From NCBI GenBank assembly GCA_030688315.1, contig JAUYIT010000017.1, positions 68,845 through 127,838 of the forward strand: a stretch of 58,994 bases of DNA, read 5' to 3'. Of this stretch, positions 9,685-18,182 are shown piece by piece. The translations under genes and the position numbers were made by a program. The notes beneath the pieces are model-generated. The model was not told the DNA's origin. It ran no database searches and saw nothing but the letters and a program-made list of their open reading frames with translations. Every line of letters starts with the position of its first letter. Position 1 is the stretch's first letter. The DNA is from Candidatus Komeilibacteria bacterium. Its GTDB lineage: Bacteria; Patescibacteriota; Patescibacteriia; UBA1558; UBA10009.

Positions 9685-12358
9685 AATTTTAGGCGACGGC
9701 AACGCCAGGTATTTAAAAACGCTGGAGCCGATTATCGCTAAAATCAACTCTCTCGAGCAAGAATTCGAGAGTTTTTCTAATAGCCAATTTCCGGAAAAAA
9801 CTGAAGAATTTAAAGCCCGTTTGCAAAAAGGGGAATCTCTTGACGATTTATTGCCCGAGGCCTTTGCCTTAGCCCGAGAAGCCGGCCGGCGCACGCTTAA
9901 ACAACGGCATTATGATGTTCAATTGATCGGCGGCATTGTGTTACACAAAGGCCAAATTGCCGAAATGAAAACCGGCGAAGGCAAAACCTTGGTGGCCACT
10001 CTGCCCGTTTATTTAAACGCGCTCTCCGCTAAAGGCGTTCATTTAATCACGGTCAACGATTACTTGGCTCGCCGTGATAGCGTCTGGATGGGCCAGATTT
10101 ATTCCTTCCTTGGCTTATCGGTGGCTTGTATTCAACATGAAAGCGCGTTTATGTACGATGCGGCCTATGTGGCGCCGCCGGAAGTGGAGCAGGAGCGCGA
10201 TTTGGGCGTGGTGGTTAACGAGAATTTTTTGCGTCCCGTTTCCCGCCACGAGGCCTATTTGGCCGATATTACTTACGGCACCAACAACGAATTCGGCTTT
10301 GATTATTTGCGCGACAACATGGTGCCGGATTTGTCGCAAATGGTTCAGCGTGAACTTAATTTTGCCATTGTTGACGAAGTTGATTCCATTTTAATTGATG
10401 AAGCCCGCACGCCTTTGATTATTTCCGGCGCGGCCGAAGAATCAACCGAAAAATACCGCTTGTTTGCCAAACTGGTCAAAACTTTGACCGCGGTTGAGGA
10501 TTATAATATTGATGAAAAAATGCGGGCCGTGGCGTTGACTGAAAACGGCATTGAAAAAATCGAACACGCCCTAGGCGTCAAAAATATTTATGAAGCGGGC
10601 GGCGTGGCCACGGTTCATCATTTGGAATCGGCCTTAAAAGCGGAAACATTGTTTAAGCGCGACAAGGATTACGTGGTTAAAGATGATGAAGTGCTGATTG
10701 TGGATGAATTTACCGGCCGCTTAATGCACGGACGCCGCTATTCCGAGGGCTTGCATCAGGCCATTGAAGCCAAGGAAGGCGTTAAAGTTCAGCGCGAAAG
10801 CGTGACCATGGCCACCGTTACTTTTCAAAACTTTTTCCGTTTGTATAAAAAACTGGCCGGCATGACCGGCACGGCCGCCACCGAATCCGAAGAATTTTCC
10901 AAAATCTATAAATTGGACGTAACCGTTATTCCTACCAACAAACCCTTACTAAGAAAAGACGGCAACGATCTTATCTACAAAACCGAACAAGGCAAATTTA
11001 AGGCCGTGATTGAAGAAATTAAGACCCGTCAAAAGGCAGGCCAGCCAACCTTAGTTGGCTCCATTTCTATTGAAAAAAACGAATTACTCTCTGAACTTTT
11101 ATCTCGCGAAGGCGTTAAGCATGAAATTTTAAACGCCAAAAACCATGAGCGCGAAGCGCAAATTATTGCCCAGGCCGGTAAAAAGGGTTCGGTTACTTTG
11201 GCTACCAACATGGCGGGCAGGGGAGTTGATATTATTTTAGGCGGGCACCCCTACAATCAGGAACTAGCTGAAGAAGTCCGTTCTTTAGGCGGTTTGCACG
11301 TGATTGGCACCGAACGCCACGAATCACGGCGCATTGATAACCAGTTGCGCGGCCGATCTGGTCGGCAGGGCGACCCGGGTTCGTCAAGGTTTTTTGTTTC
11401 ATTAGATGATGATTTAATGAGAATTTTTGGTTCCGAACGCATTAAATCGGTGATGACCACCCTTAAAGTTCCGGACGATATGCCCATTGAAAATGGCCTC
11501 ATTTCCAAATCCTTGGAATCAGCGCAAAAAAAAGTGGAAGGCCATAATTTTGATACCCGCAAGCATTTGGTGGAATATGATGACGTGATTAACAAGCATA
11601 GGGAAGTGATTTACAAAAAACGGCGGGAGATTTTGGAACTTGCCCAAAATCAAAATGGCGAGGGCAAAAGTTCCAAAACCATCATTCAAACCTATCTTTC
11701 CAATGAACTTTCGGAAGTTTTAAATGTTCACGCCTTGGGTGATAATCCCGAGGCCTGGAATATTGAAGAAGTAGTTGAAACCGTGAATGCTATCAGTCCT
11801 TTAACTGATGATGAAAAACAGATCATCAAAGATCAAACTTCAGCCGAGGCCTTGCGTCAGTTTTTATTGGAGTGGTTTGATAAAAAATATGACAGCATGG
11901 CCACGGCCATTGCCAGTCAGGATCAGTTTACCGGGCAAGTTGACCCCATGCGGCGTTTAGAAAAATCCTTGCTGTTACAAACAATTGATACTTTATGGAT
12001 TGAACATTTGGAAGCCATTGATCATTTACGCACCGGCATCGGTTTGCGCGGTTATGGTCAGCGCGATCCGTTGGTGGAATACAAGGCCGAATCCTATAAA
12101 TTATTCAAAACACTCCTGTCCTTGATTCAAAATCAAGTCGTTTATACTATTTTTAAAATAGGTCAGGCCGCCGCCTTGGCGCAATCACCAATGGCCAAAG
12201 CCCAATTAAAGTTCCAGGGCGCTCAAAAAACCTTAGGCAACAGCGGATCAAACCCGGTTGCCAACGCCCCCAAGGTGGGTCGAAATGATCCTTGCCCCTG
12301 TGGCGCTAAAAAATCTGACAACGAACCAATAAAATTTAAACATTGCCACGGTCGGTAA
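9668..12358 (+). CDS. secA: preprotein translocase ATPase SecA
   Basis: MKTGEGKTLVATLP Walker A, VDEVDSILIDEARTPLIIS, TNMAGRGVDI and a C-terminal zinc motif CPCGAKK...CHGR. Confidence 0.97.
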   Translation: MSILSKILGDGNARYLKTLEPIIAKINSLEQEFESFSNSQFPEKTEEFKARLQKGESLDDLLPEAFALAREAGRRTLKQRHYDVQLIGGIVLHKGQIAEMKTGEGKTLVATLPVYLNALSAKGVHLITVNDYLARRDSVWMGQIYSFLGLSVACIQHESAFMYDAAYVAPPEVEQERDLGVVVNENFLRPVSRHEAYLADITYGTNNEFGFDYLRDNMVPDLSQMVQRELNFAIVDEVDSILIDEARTPLIISGAAEESTEKYRLFAKLVKTLTAVEDYNIDEKMRAVALTENGIEKIEHALGVKNIYEAGGVATVHHLESALKAETLFKRDKDYVVKDDEVLIVDEFTGRLMHGRRYSEGLHQAIEAKEGVKVQRESVTMATVTFQNFFRLYKKLAGMTGTAATESEEFSKIYKLDVTVIPTNKPLLRKDGNDLIYKTEQGKFKAVIEEIKTRQKAGQPTLVGSISIEKNELLSELLSREGVKHEILNAKNHEREAQIIAQAGKKGSVTLATNMAGRGVDIILGGHPYNQELAEEVRSLGGLHVIGTERHESRRIDNQLRGRSGRQGDPGSSRFFVSLDDDLMRIFGSERIKSVMTTLKVPDDMPIENGLISKSLESAQKKVEGHNFDTRKHLVEYDDVINKHREVIYKKRREILELAQNQNGEGKSSKTIIQTYLSNELSEVLNVHALGDNPEAWNIEEVVETVNAISPLTDDEKQIIKDQTSAEALRQFLLEWFDKKYDSMATAIASQDQFTGQVDPMRRLEKSLLLQTIDTLWIEHLEAIDHLRTGIGLRGYGQRDPLVEYKAESYKLFKTLLSLIQNQVVYTIFKIGQAAALAQSPMAKAQLKFQGAQKTLGNSGSNPVANAPKVGRNDPCPCGAKKSDNEPIKFKHCHGR

Positions 12359-12384
12359 TCAAAATGCCTGTTGATAGACAGGTC

Positions 12385-12412
12385 TTGTCAAATTTTTTTA
12401 TTGTGCTAAAAT
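12385..12412 (+). promoter_or_regulatory. putative sigma70-type promoter of secDF
   Basis: TTGTCA (12385-12390), 16-nt spacer, TAAAAT (12407-12412), about 28 nt upstream of the secD ATG. Confidence 0.4.
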
Positions 12413-12439
12413 ATCCGTAATTTACAAGCCAGTAAACAC

Positions 12440-14146
12440 ATGCGCAAAGCCATAACCATTGCTACCAGAAGAAAAGTTTGGACCTCCTTTGCCGCCATTA
12501 TGGCGGTGGCTTTGTTTTGCGCCCTGATAGTTTACCCTAATCTGCCCTCGGCTGTGCCCGGCAGTTCTTTTTTTAACAAGTTTTTTCCGCGTTTAGGCCT
12601 TGATTTGCAAGGCGGTTCGCACTTGGAATACCAGGCCGATTTATCATCCATACCGTCAGCTGACCAGGAATCGGCGTTGGGCGGCGTTAGGGACGTAATT
12701 GAAAGGCGGGTCAACGCTTTTGGAGTTTCCGAACCGTTGGTTCAAACCTCCGGACAAAATCGTTTAATTGTGGAACTGGCCGGCATTAAGGATGTTAATG
12801 AAGCCATTAAAAAAATCGGCGAAACCCCGTTATTGGAATTTAAGGAGCAGGAAATCACCGGACCAGTCGCCTTAACGCCCGAACAGCAGGCCGAGGCCAA
12901 ACAGTATAACCTTGACCAATACCAAAAAGCTAAGGAAATAACCGGCCGCTTAAACAATGGCGAAGATTTTGCCGTTTTAGCTAAGGAATTTTCTGATGAC
13001 CCGGGTAGCAAAGAGCTGGGTGGCGATTTGGGTTTTGCCAAGAGAGGCACTTTTGTGCCGGAATTTGAAAAAGCCATTTTTGACGACATGCAGGTGGGCC
13101 AAATTACCCAGGAGCCGATTAAATCCGATTTTGGCTACCATATCATTAAAAAAGAGGAAGTTAGGGGAGAAGGTGAAAATTTGGAAGTAAAATCATCGCA
13201 TATTCTGCGCCTGACCAAAGATGAAATTTACAACACCGACCCTAACAGCCAAAATCAAAACTGGATCAACACCAAGTTGTCGGGTAAAAATCTCAAGTCG
13301 GCCAGCGTTCAGTTTGATCCCACCACCGGCCAGCCCTCGGTTAATTTAGAATTTGACGATGAGGGCAGGGAATTGTTCGCCGAGATCACCAAGCGCAATT
13401 TGCAAAAACCGGTTGGTATCTTTTTGGACGGCGAGGCCATTAGCATCCCCACTGTTCAGGATGAAATTACTCAAGGCACGGCCATTATTAGTGGCAATTT
13501 TAATATCAACGAAGCCAAACTGCTGGCCCAGCGCTTAAATGCCGGCGCTTTGCCCGTGCCCATTGAACTGATCAGCCAGCAAACCGTGGGCCCATCCTTG
13601 GGCAAAATTTCTTTGCAAAAATCATTGTTAGCCGGCTTAATCGGGCTGATTGTGGTGTGCTTGTTTATGCTGGCCTACTACCGTTTATTCGGCTTGATCG
13701 CGATATTGGCCTTATTGATTTACGCGATGATTTCCTTTGCCATTTTTGAATTATGGCCGGTTACCTTAACCTTATCGGGCATTGCCGGTTTTATTTTATC
13801 CATCGGCATGGCTGTGGACGCCAACGTTTTAATTTTTGAACGCTCCCGCGAAGAACTGATGAACGGCAAGCCCTTGGCCACCAGCATTGAAGAGGGCTTT
13901 ACCCGGGCCTGGGCGTCTATTTTGGATTCCAACGTGTCCAGTTTAATTACCTGCGCCATTTTGGCCTGGTTCGGCTCCAGTTTGATTAAGGGTTTTGCCA
14001 TCAGCTTAGCCATTGGTATTTTGGTTTCCATGTTTACAGCCGTTACCGTTAGCCGCACGTTTTTGCGTTTAATCAACGGACGCTGGTTTTCCAAGCGATT
14101 ATGGCTGTTTACCTTTAAAGACCTGGTGCGCAAGGAGGATAAATAA
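12440..14146 (+). CDS. secD: protein translocase subunit SecD with an embedded parvulin-type PPIase domain
   Basis: N-terminal TM, LGLDLQGGSHLEYQ, P1 segments and a C-terminal 5-TM block (GIAGFILSIGMAVDANVLIFER) are typical of SecD. An internal GGDLGF...VPEFEKAIF...FGYHIIKK parvulin signature is also present. Confidence 0.9.
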   Translation: MRKAITIATRRKVWTSFAAIMAVALFCALIVYPNLPSAVPGSSFFNKFFPRLGLDLQGGSHLEYQADLSSIPSADQESALGGVRDVIERRVNAFGVSEPLVQTSGQNRLIVELAGIKDVNEAIKKIGETPLLEFKEQEITGPVALTPEQQAEAKQYNLDQYQKAKEITGRLNNGEDFAVLAKEFSDDPGSKELGGDLGFAKRGTFVPEFEKAIFDDMQVGQITQEPIKSDFGYHIIKKEEVRGEGENLEVKSSHILRLTKDEIYNTDPNSQNQNWINTKLSGKNLKSASVQFDPTTGQPSVNLEFDDEGRELFAEITKRNLQKPVGIFLDGEAISIPTVQDEITQGTAIISGNFNINEAKLLAQRLNAGALPVPIELISQQTVGPSLGKISLQKSLLAGLIGLIVVCLFMLAYYRLFGLIAILALLIYAMISFAIFELWPVTLTLSGIAGFILSIGMAVDANVLIFERSREELMNGKPLATSIEEGFTRAWASILDSNVSSLITCAILAWFGSSLIKGFAISLAIGILVSMFTAVTVSRTFLRLINGRWFSKRLWLFTFKDLVRKEDK

Positions 14147-14148
14147 AT

Positions 14149-15189
14149 ATGTATAACATTATTCAAAACAAGCATTGGTGGTATTCCATTTCGGGCGTGG
14201 TTTTGTTATTAAGCATTATTTCACTCTCCTTGTGGGGCCTTAATTTGGGCATTGATTTTACCGGCGGTTCGCTGACGGAATTAAGCTTTAATACCGACCG
14301 CCCTAGCAATGAAAAAGTTCAAACCGCGCTGGCTCCGTTAAATTTGCCTTTTATCAACCTCCAGCCGGTGGGCGATAAAGGCCTGTTAATCAGAAGCACT
14401 ACCTTAACCGAAGAACAGCACCAGGATCTATTGTTAAGCATTGAACAGATTGCTAATCCCGAAGTCAAAAAACAAGAGGGCGTACTGGTTAAGCCGGAGG
14501 CCCTGGGTTTGCAAGGCGAAGGATTGGAAGGGGTTAGTATTACCGCCAGCGGTGAAGGTTTGGATCAGATTCCTGAAAATTTAAAAATCTACCAAAGCGA
14601 CAGTTATAACTCTTTTACCGAACAAAGATTTGATTCCATTGGTCCGGTTTTAGGGCAAGAACTTAAAACCAAATCCGTTTACGCCATTATTTTTGTGTTG
14701 CTGGCAATTATCGCCTACATCGCTTACGCCTTTAGAAAAGTTTCCTATCCGGTTGAATCATGGAAGTACGGCGTTTCCGCTATTATCGCTTTGATTCACA
14801 ACACTATTATTCTGCTGGGCGTATTTTCGGTACTGGGGCATTTTGCCGGCGTGCAGATTGACGCTTATTTTGTTACCGCCCTGCTAACCTTGCTGGGTTT
14901 TTCGGTTCATGATACTATTGTCACCTTTGACCGCACCAGAGAAAATTTGCCCCGTCATCAGGATAAAACTTTTGAAAACGTGGTCAACATGAGCGTTAAT
15001 GAAACTTTAATCAGGTCAATCAACACTTCCTCCGCCATCTTTGTCCTGTTGGCTATTTTCCTATTTGGCGGCGAAACAATCAAATATTTTTCCCTGGCCT
15101 TGATTATCGGCGTTTTAGTGGGAACCTATTCTTCAATTTTTATTGCCAGCCCATTACTGCTGGTTTGGTATAAAATAAAAAAATACTAA
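14149..15189 (+). CDS. secF: protein translocase subunit SecF
   Basis: GIDFTGGS motif, C-terminal 5-TM block with HDTIVTFDRTRE, 2 nt after secD. Confidence 0.9.
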   Translation: MYNIIQNKHWWYSISGVVLLLSIISLSLWGLNLGIDFTGGSLTELSFNTDRPSNEKVQTALAPLNLPFINLQPVGDKGLLIRSTTLTEEQHQDLLLSIEQIANPEVKKQEGVLVKPEALGLQGEGLEGVSITASGEGLDQIPENLKIYQSDSYNSFTEQRFDSIGPVLGQELKTKSVYAIIFVLLAIIAYIAYAFRKVSYPVESWKYGVSAIIALIHNTIILLGVFSVLGHFAGVQIDAYFVTALLTLLGFSVHDTIVTFDRTRENLPRHQDKTFENVVNMSVNETLIRSINTSSAIFVLLAIFLFGGETIKYFSLALIIGVLVGTYSSIFIASPLLLVWYKIKKY

Positions 15190-15218
15190 TTGGCCATGAT
15201 AAGCAAAATTAGTCAAAC

Positions 15219-15245
15219 GCGGTTAATGGTTTAACCGCTTTTTTG
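15219..15245 (+). terminator. intrinsic terminator after secF
   Basis: GCGGTTAA-TGGT-TTAACCGC hairpin (15219-15238) followed by TTTTTT. Confidence 0.65.
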
Positions 15246-15261
15246 ATTATTTTGTCAACAC

Positions 15262-15290
15262 TTGACGAATATAATTATTTATGCTATATT
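15262..15290 (+). promoter_or_regulatory. putative sigma70-type promoter
   Basis: TTGACG (15262-15267), 17-nt spacer, TATATT (15285-15290), upstream of the 15339 ORF. Confidence 0.45.
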
Positions 15291-15338
15291 TTCAGTAATA
15301 TAATCAAAACTTGTTAAAATCCTATTAAAAACCACTAT

Positions 15339-16448
15339 ATGAGCGATTCAATTCTAGACAAAGTTATTGATAGTCAAAAGTCCGCCGTGGCCATGGAGTT
15401 CAACCCGGAGGAGATTTTAAACGTGCTGTTAAAAAATTTAAAAGAGCGTGAAATTGAAGTTTTAAGCTTAAGATACGGATTTAAGGACAACCAAAAACGG
15501 ACTCTGGAAGAAATTGGCGGTAAATTCAAGGTGACACGCGAAAGAATCAGACAGATTGAAAGCTCGGCTCTTAAAAAAATTAAGGCCACTCATAATTTGC
15601 AGGAAGTGATTAAGGTCGTGGAAGAAGTAGTTGGTCAAGTGCTGGAAAGCTACGGCGGCATTATGCACGAAAATTCACTGATTAAAAAAATCCTGGAACT
15701 GCCCGGTGAAACCCCGGCCAAATACGCCGCCACCCAGTTTATTTTATCCAAACTGCTTAACGAAAAATTATCGTATTTGGATAGCGACCAAGATCTGCAT
15801 AATTCCTGGATTTTGCCGACCGTTTCTTTAGAAGGCATTAGGGGCTCGTTAAATTCTCTAATCAGTATTATTGAAAAAAGAAACAAGCCCGTCAGCGCCG
15901 CCGAATTAACCGAACTGGTTAAGGCGGAAAATCTGCTGGCCGAGCTGGCTTTGGAACCGGAAGAAAGCATTATTCATTCCTTGCTTTCCACCAGCAAAAA
16001 AGTCGCTTTAAACCCCTTTAACGAATGGGGCATGGAGCACTGGCAGACCATTGCCTTAAAAAGAATGAGCGACAAGATTTACCTGGTTCTGCAAAAAGAA
16101 GGCCAGCCCATGCATTTTACCGAAATCGCCAAGCGCATCAACGAGATCGGCTTTGACAAAAAAATTGCCAACCCGGCTACTATTCATAACGAACTGATTT
16201 TAGACGAAAAATACGTGCTGGTCGGCCGTGGCATTTACGCTTTGTCCGAATGGGGTTACAAGCCCGGGGTGGTTTCGGATGTTATTGCCGAAGTGCTGGC
16301 TGAGGCCAAGCGGCCGCTTGGACGTGAAGAAATTATTGAACGCGTTATGGCCAAGCGGATGGTTAAGCGCTCCACCATTATCCTAGCCCTAATGGATAAG
16401 GTTAAATTTTCCAAAAACGAAGCCAACGAATACCTTTTAACTGCTTAA
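15339..16448 (+). CDS. sigma-70 region 4 domain + HARE-HTH domain protein (not a complete sigma factor)
   Basis: N-terminal EREIEVLSLRYGF...RTLEEIGGKFKVTRERIRQIESSALKKIK matches sigma70 region 4.2. The C-terminal half MSDKIYLVLQKEGQPMHFTEIAKRI...TIHNELILDEKYVLVGRGIYALSEWGY matches the HARE-HTH fold of RNAP delta. No region 2 is present. Confidence 0.7.
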   Translation: MSDSILDKVIDSQKSAVAMEFNPEEILNVLLKNLKEREIEVLSLRYGFKDNQKRTLEEIGGKFKVTRERIRQIESSALKKIKATHNLQEVIKVVEEVVGQVLESYGGIMHENSLIKKILELPGETPAKYAATQFILSKLLNEKLSYLDSDQDLHNSWILPTVSLEGIRGSLNSLISIIEKRNKPVSAAELTELVKAENLLAELALEPEESIIHSLLSTSKKVALNPFNEWGMEHWQTIALKRMSDKIYLVLQKEGQPMHFTEIAKRINEIGFDKKIANPATIHNELILDEKYVLVGRGIYALSEWGYKPGVVSDVIAEVLAEAKRPLGREEIIERVMAKRMVKRSTIILALMDKVKFSKNEANEYLLTA

Positions 16449-16483
16449 ATTTGGGTTAGCCCGCGGGATTTAACAAAAACAAA

Positions 16484-18085
16484 ATGCAGATCACTATTGA
16501 TCTTAGTCCTCTTTATGAAATCGCCGATTTAACCCCGCTGGGGTTAATTTGGTATTTTTTTTCCACCGTCGGCTGGATTTTTTTATTGGTAATATCTTTA
16601 TCCGTCTTTAGCTGGTGGTGGTTGTACGAGCGCCGCAAAAAGTACCTAGAGGGCATTGAACAAATTTTACTGGCCATTGATATTCCTAAGGATAATGAAC
16701 AAAGCTTAATCGCGGTCGAGCAAATTTTTGCCTCTTTGCACGCCATTAAATCCGGACCGACCCTGTGGGATAAATACTGGCACGGTAAAACCCAGCTTTC
16801 TTACAGTTTGGAAATAATTTCTTTGGAGGGTTACATCCAGTTTTTAATCAGAACTCCGGGTCAATTTAAGGATTTGGTGGAATCGGCAATTTACGCCCAA
16901 TACCCGGAAGCGGAAATTACCGAGGTCAATGATTACGTTGATTTGATACCCGATGGCATTCAAGAAATTGATAGTGATCATAAACTGTGGGGTACGGAAC
17001 TTACCCTGGCCAAATCCAGCGCTTATCCCATTAAAACCTACAAAAGCTTTGAGCACCAGCTGGCCCAGTTGTTTATTGACCCCATGGCTTCGCTTTTGGA
17101 GGTTATGAGCAAAATAGGGCCGGGCGAACAAATCGGCCTACAGCTGATAATCGCGCCTTCCAGCGATAGCTGGAAGCACAAAGGGGAGGCAATCGTAGCC
17201 GAGCTGATCGGTGCCAAGGCCAATGTTAAAAAACACGCCGGCGATAAGTTGGTGGACGCCGCCCTGTCTGGTTTGGAAAAATTTAGCGAAGCGATATACA
17301 GCATGTGGGGCGACATTAAAACTAAAGACGATAACGCCTCGCCCAGCCAGTATCAATTTTTAACTACCGGACAAAAACAGGATGTGGAGCAAATAGAAAA
17401 CAAACTGGCCCAGCTTTGCTTTGGCACGACTTTTAGAATTTACTATCTGGCCAAAAAAGAGATTTTTACCAAGGGCCGGGGCGTCAACGCCGTTTTGGGA
17501 GCCATTAACCAGTTTAACACCTATAACCTTAACGCTTTTAAAAAATTTAAGCGTTTAACCACCGATCGCGACTATTTTTTTGTACAGCAACGGGTTGCTC
17601 ATATTACCAAAAAACTGATAAAATTATACAAGAAGCGCTCGCGCAAGGGCTCGCACGAGTTTCAGTTATGCACGGAGGAGCTGGCTACGCTGTATCATTT
17701 CCCAACCATTAACGTTAAGGCGCCGCTCTTAAAGAAAGCGGAAATAAAAACGGCCGAACCGCCGGTTAGTTTGCCTACGGAATCGGACTTGGGTGAAAAT
17801 TTTTTTCAACCGGTTGCCAGCGAGCAGGCCTTGCCAACCACCGACCAAACAATTGAATCAGTTGAAGCGGAATCCATTTTTTCGCCTGCGATTGAGCCCG
17901 CCTTAAAAACACCCGCTAAACCCTTTGTGATCAATCAAAGCGTGGAAAACTATGATTTTGACAACGATTATTTTGAAAGGCATTTTGCCAAAAATAAGGA
18001 TCAGGTTATAGCCCCGCCCGAGCTTAAGCCGTTAGATAAGGTTGAAAAAGAAATTGAACCGCCAGCTAACCTACCGTTTGCATAA
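16484..18085 (+). CDS. membrane-anchored hypothetical protein (2 N-terminal TM helices, large cytoplasmic domain, disordered tail)
   Basis: 533-aa ORF. TM segments LGLIWYFFSTVGWIFLLVISLSVFSWWWLY. No enzymatic motif recognised. P/E/S-rich C-terminal tail. Confidence 0.7.
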   Translation: MQITIDLSPLYEIADLTPLGLIWYFFSTVGWIFLLVISLSVFSWWWLYERRKKYLEGIEQILLAIDIPKDNEQSLIAVEQIFASLHAIKSGPTLWDKYWHGKTQLSYSLEIISLEGYIQFLIRTPGQFKDLVESAIYAQYPEAEITEVNDYVDLIPDGIQEIDSDHKLWGTELTLAKSSAYPIKTYKSFEHQLAQLFIDPMASLLEVMSKIGPGEQIGLQLIIAPSSDSWKHKGEAIVAELIGAKANVKKHAGDKLVDAALSGLEKFSEAIYSMWGDIKTKDDNASPSQYQFLTTGQKQDVEQIENKLAQLCFGTTFRIYYLAKKEIFTKGRGVNAVLGAINQFNTYNLNAFKKFKRLTTDRDYFFVQQRVAHITKKLIKLYKKRSRKGSHEFQLCTEELATLYHFPTINVKAPLLKKAEIKTAEPPVSLPTESDLGENFFQPVASEQALPTTDQTIESVEAESIFSPAIEPALKTPAKPFVINQSVENYDFDNDYFERHFAKNKDQVIAPPELKPLDKVEKEIEPPANLPFA

Positions 18086-18090
18086 TATAT

Positions 18091-18172
18091 CATTGCGAGG
18101 AGTCGAGCGAAGCGAAGGCGACGAAGCAATCCCGATGAGATTGCTTCGCTCCCTGCGGTCGTTCGCAATAAC
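18091..18172. repeat. palindromic intergenic repeat, copy 1 (CATTGCGAGGAG... family)
   Basis: CATTGCGAGGAG-TCGAGCGAAGCGAAGGCGACGAAGCAATCCCGATG... with inner hairpin GAAGCAATC/GATTGCTTC and outer ATTGCGA/TCGCAAT arms. Shares its 5' core with the copy at 21382-21472. Confidence 0.75.
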
Positions 18173-18182
18173 GATAATAAAT

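Noticed and set aside
18042-18182. The ORF-track start at 18042 gives the ATPase a 47-aa N-terminal extension (MKKKLNRQLTYRLHNISLRGVERSEGDEAIPMRLLRSLRSFAITIIN).
   Set aside because: The extension is the translation of the palindromic intergenic repeat and overlaps the upstream gene by 44 nt. ATG 18183 directly follows the repeat and gives a sensible N-terminus.
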